64,000 nucleotides of DNA from NCBI RefSeq assembly GCF_036321535.1, contig NC_087436.1, positions 8,556,001 to 8,620,000 of the forward strand, written 5' to 3'. The notes beneath the pieces were generated by a model. It made no database searches, was not told the DNA's origin, and worked only from the letters and a program-made list of their open reading frames with translations. A program made the position numbers and the translations under genes. Shown here one piece after another: positions 53,846-64,000 of this stretch. Source of the stretch: Camelus dromedarius. Taxonomy: Eukaryota. Numbering within the stretch: position 1 is the stretch's first letter; every line of letters starts with the position of its first letter.

Positions 53846-56045
53846 TAATCAACTACTCCACAGGAAAATCGGGAAGACTAACACTAGCTCCATGCAAACA
53901 AAATGATCTCGCAATTATAATGTACAGCCAAGATAGCCAGATGCAGAGAGTGAATACTGTATATTTCCATTTCTGTAATATTCCAAATCAGGCAATGCTG
54001 ATTTATGATGACTGAAATTTACATAATGATTACCTTTGGCAAGGTAATAACTAGAAGGAATAATAAAGCATAATTATTATTATTTTAATAACCAGACCAT
54101 ATGGAGAACCCATTCGGAATGAGGTCTAATTTTCTAACTTATAAAAATGTGCTAGATTCTTGTCTGAGGAATATCCACAATCAGGATTGTATCATAATAT
54201 TTTAATATTTTATCCTTGTATAATGTCTTTTACATTCTCCTGGTATTTCATAGTCATTACAGGCACTTCAAAAAACAATATAATTTATGTGATTTTTATC
54301 ATTGCATAAATATTTCAATATTGATATTCTCTATTAATTTCAAAATTTACATCATTGTCTGAAGACAGAAGTTATATGAATAATAAATGATGTTAGCTTT
54401 TCTCACTTTCGAATATCTAGTAGGTAATACATATTCAGCCAGTGTCGGTTTCTAGTTTGAACACTGAATTTACAGGCCAGCCTGATTATTCCTGAAAGAA
54501 TTTCTAATTTTAACCTATTAGCTAAAAAGTCTTGATAATCTTAAAAGGAATGCTTGTAATTTGCTGGCCTTTGTTGCAGCTGAAATCAAAGTAAAATTAA
54601 ACTGGTCAAAGTTAACCTGTCTCAAAGACAGACGCATAAGAGGTGAAGTATACAGGAAAATTTGTTCTTACAGTAGACACTGGGCCATGGACTGGGTACC
54701 CATGAAAACCCGGAAACCCTGGAGACCTAGAATTTTCTAGTAGACAGCTGCTCATCCTTTACTCAAGGCTGTACTGTTGAATCCAATATTAGAAATTGAG
54801 CCACTATACAAGTTATGCACGGTATATTTGTAACCCTGGAAGTACCAGAGCTTTCTAATAGAACCACTTTTCATTCTTTTATTTGTGGTACCAAACACAT
54901 CTCATAATGCACAAATAAATGTATGCAGAATGGATAGGTGGGTGGATTGGATGAATTTATATATGAAGTTGTTAAGAACTCTTAGAACAAGAAGCCCTGA
55001 TTTTGAGCATGTTAGCAGTCTTGTGGTTCTGGGCAGGAACTTATATTAGAGGGACTGACAGCTGCTTCAATTTCAAACCAATATTAATGCAAAAAAAACC
55101 TTCCATAAATATCAGAAATGGTTAGGTTCCAGTGTGTCAGAAATTTTGATAGTAAACAGCACTTCCATATGGCAGGTGATGCTGTAAATGTTTTCTATGC
55201 ATTAATTGATAGAATCCTTAATATAACTTTATAAGATTATTGCAGTTATTGCTCCCATTTAACAGACTATACATATCTCACAAAGCTAATTTAAGTTCAT
55301 TTACTCTGAGCTGAGACGCCATGAATCCTAACATTCAATGGCCTGGATACTGGAGCCAGACTGCCCCAGGGGCAAATCCTGCACTGCCCCTGGGTCTTCG
55401 TGCAACTGAGTTTTAGTCGATAGCCCAAGTTGGACAGTTTGGGAAGAGCTGGGCATAAAATAATTGGTGGCTCAAAAACGGAATGGTTTTTCATAACCAT
55501 GGCCATGGCAACATGGAAACATGAAAATGACGAGGTTGTTAGAGACTTTTTTTTCTCTGTCATTGACCTATGCACATATTACTTGTTTTACTACTATAGT
55601 AAAACCTATTAAGTTCCTATTATTCAGTAAATCTACTATTGTCTTAGTCTTTGTTAAGGATCAAATGAGGAAGATGTAATTCTGTTTCTGCAACTGTAAC
55701 TGGGAATACCTTAACTGGCCTTGGAAGTGGGACTCTCTCTGCTCTAGACAGAATAAGCAATTCTGAGGATGATTTTTGTGTAACTGGTCATGCTGGCATT
55801 ACGATGTGTTCAGGGAATCTAAATGCAGAAAACAAAATCTATTTAAATCACTTCTTTAATTGCTTATAGGCTCAAGGATCAGAATGAGAGGAGAGTTTGC
55901 AGAAAATGCAAACATTTTCCAGTTATCCAAGGAATGAAACAAGTTATCATTCACAATAAAATAGCACTGCATGAGTTACCTGGTAAAGACTATGACGCTA
56001 AAGTAAACGTTATTTAAAATTGCTTTCAAAAGGAGGAGTCATTCA

Positions 56046-56198
<153 letters not shown>

Positions 56199-57331
56199 CT
56201 ATGATTTAGGAAATAGAAAATCAAATGAGTTTCTTAAATTATAGCATGGGCATGGCCATATTATAGGTAACATTGATGTTTGACACTTTACTATTTTTAG
56301 CATCAAAAGTTATATATATAAACATTTATATGTTAAATGTATAAATATCTGAGTTACATGTGTTACATATTCATATTTATGTCAAATATGTAAGTATGTA
56401 AAAAGTGTTAGATCAAGTAAAACAGTATATGGTGCCTATTTAAACTCATTACATGTGCATAGAAATCAGTGTGCATTACCCTTTAAAATAAATTTTGTCA
56501 AACCTTTATTGCTTATTTCTAGTAAGTTATAGTTCTTTCACTTGTCACTATCTGTTCATAACTCAGTCACTGCAGAAAAACAGAATAAGTCCAATGTTTC
56601 TCCCCTAATCCCCCCCAATCTCACACTTCCTCACCAGACATTAGATGCCACCCTAAAGTATATTTTGAGCCTTTCAAAACCTCAGGGACTACCCCCTTAG
56701 CACATTCATGGTCTTTTCAAAAGCTGCCAAATCCACTGCACAAGACTAAAGAAGTCTTCTAATTTGTGAAGAATCAGACGCTTAGAAAAACAAGAATAAG
56801 GTAGTTATTCAGAGCTGTTATCTTATTTTTGATTTAGTATCAAAGTCAAATTTTACAAAATCTTTTAATCTACCCAAGCCCTTTTCTTTCTGCTCCTTTA
56901 CCCTAGAACTGCCTTCTGGCTGAATACTGTATAGTTTGTGTTTAGATGGCCATAAATGAGGCAAAAAAAGTTCTGTTTCCTCCTTTCAACATTCAATAAG
57001 TGAATGCTGCAGGTAAACATAAGCCTTTCTGATTCGTGCTGGCAGACACATTGCAAGTCGAAGAAATGTCATTTAGCTCATTTTTGCTTCAGGTTTTTCT
57101 TTTATTCACTGGTCTATTGGTTTTGTAATTCTTTCAATTTATTTCTAGTTAGGAAAATCACTAAGAAGAGAGACTTTATGAACTATGCATAAAATATATG
57201 TGTAAAGATAAACATTTATATAATGATAAAAGTATGATACACACTGATTCCAATGTATTACTTGTTTCATAATTTAGGACTGATTGCTAGTTATCATGTC
57301 TAATTCACTGTTTTGTGTATCCAGTTAGTAA

Positions 57332-57462
57332 TTCCTTTTTTTTAAATTGACACATAGTTGATTTACAATGTTGTGTTAATTTCTGGTGTATAGCACAGTA
57401 ATTCATTTATACACACACACACACTCTTTTTCATATTCTTTTTCATTGTAGGACATTATAGG
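57332..57462 (-). mobile_element. Short L1 3' end
   Basis: Poly-T plus ttgatttacaatgttgtgttaatttctggtgtatagcacagt, with a 12-bp TSD tccagttagtaa at 57320-57331 and 57463-57474. Confidence 0.9.
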
Positions 57463-59921
57463 TCCAGTTAGTAACACTTAAGCTAAATTAGAGTACTCTC
57501 TTCTCCAATTCAAACAAAAACATTTATTTTCCAGGAGAGATGTCATCCACCATCTGCATTTAATACTCATGAAACAAAATCAACAAAATTTTCATTATCA
57601 ACATCACCTAAGCATTTCTTTTCATTAAAAGCTACTATTGACAGCAGATAAACCACATTTGGCATTTAATAATTAAAATGAATACCATGATAACTCTCCT
57701 CAGACAGCACAACCATCATAATTGTTTTTCTTGTTTGCGTAACATTTGGAAAATAACATAAAAACCAGAGCACTTTGGAATGAGAAGCTCAGTACGTGGT
57801 CTGCTGTTTTTTTCTCCAAACTTCAGGTCTAAATTCCAGAGGACCTGGAGCATCCACTCATTTTTGAGATCCAGTCCAGAAGTGACCAGGTTCACCAAAA
57901 CACCAGGAACATGTAATTCTTAGAACAGCATAGTTGTTCCAGGCTTCCAGGACACGAGCAAAAAAATCTAAAATCTAAACATGCAGTGTATGTTTCAGGT
58001 AATTTCAGGTAATTCCCGTTTCATGGAAGGTGCAGCAATCATTCCAGGATGAGGACCAGTGGGTCATCCTGAGAGGTGTCTGTGGCATCCTTCAGAGGCA
58101 GCACAAACCCGGAGGCAGAGGTCTGTCCTCCGCTCATGCCCAGAACAGAGCATGGGGTTGTACTTTGATTCATCAATTCACTGAATCATTATTGTTTACG
58201 TCCATTTTTCTGCCTAAGGATATTGAACATCTCTGACAAGGCCCTCTTTTGTGAGAATCAAATGCTGTATAAAATATGTCCTTGAGAGGCATGAAAAGGT
58301 GGTGAAAAAGTTGAGGAGGGTTGATGAATGGATCTGAAAATGGGGAAATTGTTTACAAATTCTTTGCTGTTGTGTGAAAGCTACCAACAAAACCTGCCAA
58401 ACTAGCAGAAAGTTTGAGTGACCTGACAGATCACTGTTAGGCAAACAACGGCTGAAACCAGGAGTAATTTCCACCCCTTTGTTTGCTACAAAACTATTGA
58501 ACAGTAAAATAAATTGTGCTGCTGGGAATTATTTCCTATTTGTATGCTGTCCCCATAAGATGGCCCTGACCAGACTCACAATCATTTTTACAAAGCCATT
58601 AAAAGTTTCCTGACAGTCACTGTGAATTTTCTTTGCTTCACTTTCTGCCATTATTTCTGATTATACTCTATTAGGTCTCATTTTACAAAAGCACTCTCCT
58701 TTTTTCAGATACACAGATTAATATTTATTTCTGAGGATAGGAATAATAGGGGAACATTTTTCACATGCATTAGGCATTCAGTGGGATGAAAGAGAAACTA
58801 AAAAAAAAATACCAGAGATGCAAAATAAGATTAAGATAATACATACTGATGAGGGAAATTGTCAGAAATTATATCAAAGAGTATCATTCAATCATTTTTA
58901 TAGAAATGTATGCTACCCTTTGGAGTGAAAGAATTAATAAGGTTTTAGAACTAATGAGGATGAGTCCGTAATAAAAAGACAATTCTAATGCATAATGAGA
59001 ACTTATCTGTCTCCCTTCGGGTCATGTCCACATTTCATCGCATGTTTCCTGTGCATGCATTATCCCGTTCCAAAATTTTAAAGGAATAATAGATACATCA
59101 CTAGCAATGATGGAAATTTTGGTTTATCAATTAAAATAGTGTTGATGCTTCCTGATTTGCTAAACAGAAGTCATAGATCAAATAGATGAATATATATACT
59201 CATCTTCTATGGGAGTTGGTCATTTTTGTTTATTGTATTGATTACCTATAAAAACACTTGGCCCACAAATCTCCAAATTCCCATCTTTCCTTCCCCTTCT
59301 TCCTCACATTCCCCCTTGTGACATTCATGGTGAGGATGAACAGTATTTATCACAAGCACCTCCATCTCCCTTGCCTCCAAACTCAGCAAGTTTCTGTGTT
59401 TTCATTCCTTCCTCCCACTCTTCTCTCTAATCCTGATTTGTCCACTATCCTTTGCCTTCAGAAAAAATCTGTCTACATTTAATTTATAACTGAGTTCTGT
59501 CTCCAGGTGCCTTTGAACATGCACATGTCCGTGTAATTGAAGAAACAAACAGTAAAGCAACATGAATCAGATTTACCCACCTTTCCTTACAATCACCCAT
59601 CTACTTCTCCTTAGACTTTGGAGCAGCTGTTTGGAACTTTCATTCCATTTCCTGACCTTTCACTCTAAATTGTTCATACTTTATACTGGCTGTCGAGATC
59701 CTGTCTCTTTCGGAAGATATCTTGGCCTTAGAATTTCCAATTGTTCATCTTTAGTTCTTGTTGGGAAGCATTTTTTGAACACTTATTATGTGAAATAGAT
59801 CATGCAAAACAACGTTTGGAAATAAAAACATGATATGAGTGAATGCTTGTTATAATTTCTGCCACAGTTGGCTGTTTCAGACATGTGATTCTTTCTGGAA
59901 TGATCTATCATACTTTTAAGG

Positions 59922-61605
59922 CAAGGATTTACAAACAATGGCCCCAAGCCAAATTCAGCCTACTCCCTATTTTGGTATGTGGCCCAGGAACTAAGAATGT
60001 TTTTGACATTTTTTAATGGTTGAAAATAAATCAAAAGGAGAATATTATGTTGTGATATGTAAACATTATATGGGATTCAAATTTACATAACAAAAGGATT
60101 ATTGGAACACAGTTACACCCATTCATTAAATATTATCTATCTTAATATCAAAAAAGCAAACAACTCAATTAAAAAATGGGCAGAGGATCTAAGTAGGCAT
60201 TTTTCCAAAGAAGACATACAGATGGCCAACAGGCACATGAAAAGATGATCAGCATTGCTAATCACCATGGAAATGCAAATTAAAACCACAATGAGACATT
60301 ACATCCCACCTGCCAAAATGGCTATCATTTAAAAAAAACAACAAATATTAATTGTTGACAAGTATGTGGAAAACAGAGAACTCTCATGAAGAGTTGGAAG
60401 AATTGTAAATTGATGCAGACACTATAGGAAACAGTATGAAGCTTCCTCAAAAAATAGCTTCTGGCCATTTTTCTGAAGAAAACAAAAATGTGCTAATTCT
60501 AAAAACATATACACCCCTACATTCATTTCATCATTATTTACAATAGCCAAGATATAGAAACAACTTAAGTGCCCATCGACAGATGAATGGACAAAGAAGA
60601 TGTACTTTACATATGTCATGGAATATTACTCAACCATAAAGATGAATGAAATCTTGCCATTCGCAACAACATGGATAGTCCTACAGGGTATTATGCTAAG
60701 TGAAATAAGTCAGATAGAAAAATACAAATACTGTATGATTTCACTTATATGTAGGACCCCAAAAAACAGAACAAATGAATAAATATAACAAAATAGAAAC
60801 AAAGTCACAGATACAGAGAACAAATAAGGGGTTGCTTGCCTGAGGCGAGGGGGGATGGTGGGGAAGTGCATGAAATAGTTGAAGGAGATGAAGAGATACA
60901 AACTTCCAGTTACAAAATAAATGAGTCACGGGGGTGAAATGTATAGTGCAGGGGATATAGTCAATAACAATGTAGTATCTTCATATGATAAAAGGCAGTA
61001 AGTAGACTTATTGTGGTGGTTATTTTGTAATGTGTAGGAATACTGCATCACTATGCTATGCACCAGGACCTAACATAGGGTTGTAGGTCAATTATCCTTC
61101 AAAAACAAATTCATAGAGAAAGAGAACAGATTTGTGGTTACTCAAGGCAAGGGGTAGGGAGAGATGGAATTAGATGAAGTTGGTCAAAAGATACAAAATT
61201 CTAGTTATATGAGAAATAAGTACAGGAGATGTAATGTACACCATGATAAATACATTTAACAAGGCTGTCTGGTGTATATGAAAGTTAAGAGAGTAAGTCC
61301 TAAGAATTCTCATCAGAAGGGAAAATATATTTTTCTTTTCTTTTTTTATTTATATGAGATGACAAATGTTCACTAAACTTAATGTGGTGATCATTTCATG
61401 ATGTATGTAAGTTGAATCATTATTCTGTACATCATAAACTTACACCATGTGATACGTCAATCGCATCTCACTAAAACTAGAAGGAAAAAAACATAAATTG
61501 TCTGTCTACATTCATGCTAGAATGGTAGACAAAGACCACACAGAGAGCAAAGCCAAAACTATTTTCTCTCTGGACCTTGCAGAGTATAATTTTGCTGATC
61601 TTGAT
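59922..61605. mobile_element. MER58B-like hAT-Charlie transposon split by an L1 (halves about 59922-60140 and 61495-61605)
   Basis: The left half has ccaaattcagcc...ctaagaatg...aatggttgaaaa...tattggaacacag...cccattcatt. The right half has caaagccaaaactatt...tctggacc...tttgctgatc. Confidence 0.7.
60141..61492 (+). mobile_element. 5'-truncated L1 (L1MA-like) ORF2 end and long 3' UTR
   Basis: aaaaaatgggcagaggatctaa...gaagacatacagatggccaacaggcacatg and ORF MEYYSTIKMNEILPFATTW. Ends tctcactaaaactagaaggaaaaaaa. Confidence 0.92.
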
Positions 61606-64000
61606 TCATAGGATATAGCCCAGAGTGGGCAATATCCTGTTAATTAAATTCTATCTATAACAGCTTCTTTATCTTCTGTACCCTTAAAGGTGACTTCAGG
61701 AGAGCCAGGCCTCAGACTTTATTTTTCTGCTCTGTTTCTTTGACATTAAATTCCTTTAAGAGCTCATTCACTCTCTTTGCCTTATTATTATCATGGCTAG
61801 ATGACAACCAGAAATTCATCTTTGGCTTTACCATTCACCAGACCGTCCTCCTTCCCTCTCTTTCCAGAAAAACTGTTCAATGAGCAATTTAAAATAGAGA
61901 CACAATAGCGGAAACAAAAGTATTCTATACTAAAGGAAGTATTGAAAGTGATTCTAAAATTCGATATAAACTATATTTTAAAAGGTGGAATCCAAGCACA
62001 CACTCATGAACACACGCAGAGATACGTCGATGATAGACACATAACTACATAGGTGCTATAGATAAATAGAAATTACTTATCCAAACCATCTAGCTAAGGT
62101 TTGGTGTAGTTTAGAGAAGTTTAAAAAAACAAGTAGCTCTGAAAATAACAGAAAGGCTATGGAGTAGTGAAATAAGAAAGAATAAAATTGACAATGATAA
62201 TCGTGTAGGAACCCATCTAGAGAAGCTAAGCATAGTTGACATGTAAAACGTTTTATTTAAAAATGTTTAAAAGTAGACTTAATCTTCGGAATACCAGACC
62301 TGGGAACATAGGGAACCAAAGCACTGAAAAGGCAGGCTAATTAAACACTGATAGGTTAGCGTTTTCTAAGATACAAAGAAAGGTTCATATATCTGATCTG
62401 CATAATTCGGATGACAAATGCATTCTGTCATCTGCATAGGTGTGAATGCAAACAAATTGGCATGCACATTACAAAGAAGACAGTGGTAAGTGTGCAACAA
62501 ATAAGGTGACCCAAGACAGATACACCCAATTTGGGTACTGAATTAAGCCGCATTGTGGGTTCCTCCAAGGATGGTATATATACATCCTAGATACAGATAC
62601 GAGATATGGACATGTACTGAGCTACTGATAAATTAATGTTGAGTCAAAAGAGGAGAGAGACGGTTTGATGTTTGATAAAAATCTACACTTGCAAACTTGT
62701 AAGATGGAAACCTGGTTCTCTCACTGGTTTTGGTAGTTCTCATTATGTTACTTTTCTGCTTCTCTACCAATCAGGTTCCTGAGACTGGCAGGAGAGTCCT
62801 CTCCCTTGGCAGTAATTGAGAATTGGGGACAGAAGAGGGCTTTTGCAAAAAGAAATTTAAAAAAAATCTTTCTCAAAATATATAACTGTAATCTTCATTG
62901 TTCTCCAGCAAATGGCCTCTTCCCCAGCTAGTGTTCTCATCAAAATTTCATAAAACACATGGATTTTCCATAGCGAATAAAGAGCACATCACATATTTTA
63001 TTAATCAAATTCTTATTAATCTACACTCGGCAGCCATATTTCCAACACCTACATGACTCATCCTTAATTACCATGGGTCTTATTAATTTTCTCCTTGTCG
63101 GAATTTTCATAGCATTTATATTTGGTGCCACGTAATTGGGCCTTTAATCATGTACTACTGTTCTCACCTAAAATGCTAGACTTTGTTCTTCCAACAGTTC
63201 TACACCTTCAAACACACTGGCGGAAGTGCAGTGTTTCTTCACTAAATACACGTTTAGGTGTCACGTGTCATAGCACAGATAAAAGGGGAGAATCAAAAAG
63301 TGGGTAGTTCTCAATCATGACGCTAAACTCTAGAATGTCATGTCATTTAGAATCACTGAGAAACAGAATTCTAGAGCAGCCTTCAAAATGTGGTGCGTGG
63401 ATGGCTGCTACTTGGAATATCATTTGTCACCAAGCTTAGAAATAGAATAGAAATTGAAAATAATTGTCAAAATTGAAAAAAACTGTTACTAGGCCACTGC
63501 ATGTGCCACCGTCCCCTGTTGCTTCTTCTGGCAAAGATCAAGGGTTGTCTTCCATTCAGCGATGGGCTTACTCTGGCCCTACGTGACAACTTTCCTCTTC
63601 TATTTTAACTTGACCAACCCTATGACCATTTGAGTTTGGATCCCTGATTTGACATGAATAAACCAGTCCTAGATCAGTCAGGAGAAAGCTTTCATACCAT
63701 AAGCAAAATAAAATGTGTAGCTAAGATTCTATCATCACCACCATTAAAAATAAAAACATTGAGATTTTCTTTAAAAAAAAAAAACCCACTATTTAAAAAA
63801 ATCATGCTACATTTAGCTCTTAGATAGCCTAGTTTTGATCATTAGTCTATCAATGCATTGTCTGAATGTAATACTTTTGGTATACGAGATGCCTTAACTT
63901 CTGAAGCACGGGATCCACTTAATTTGTTATTCAATATTTCTTTCTCAATTAACTGGATATTAAATATGGTAGTCCAGTAAAAACAACACTTAAAATATTT

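Noticed and set aside
55365..55394. 10-bp inverted repeat cccaggggca/tgcccctggg with a 10-nt loop
   Set aside because: The context (tggagccagactgcc...caaatcctg) looks like a MIR head remnant, and it is too short to call a structured RNA.

Overview
AT-rich, CpG-depleted mammalian genomic DNA, most likely from a camelid. That assignment is an inference from three Vic-1-like tRNA-derived SINEs and many cetartiodactyl-type L1 3' ends, with no recognisable BovB, Bov-A/tA, PRE1 or Alu. The whole window appears to lie inside the minus-strand gene FSTL5 (follistatin-like 5). Three coding exons with canonical GT/AG sites (56049-56198, 40703-40810, 36352-36476) splice in frame into 128 codons of the C-terminal region; the ORF track misses all three. 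The next upstream exon and the terminal exon were not found. The rest is intron filled with L1 fragments (many with clear target-site duplications, TSDs), solo LTRs, MIR/L2, Tigger/hAT DNA transposons and microsatellites. I found no convincing new biological system. The most interesting signals are: (i) a sharp GC3/CpG rise with clustered amino-acid changes, including an apparent Arg->Cys, in the 36352-36476 exon; (ii) a SINE-tail AATAAA just after an in-frame stop at that exon's donor, which could allow a truncated isoform; (iii) two same-family LTRs about 870 bp apart; (iv) an old ~225 bp tandem duplication; and (v) several nested or inverted insertions. Repeat family names and human FSTL5 comparisons come from memory, not from a database search, and repeat boundaries are approximate unless TSDs are quoted.
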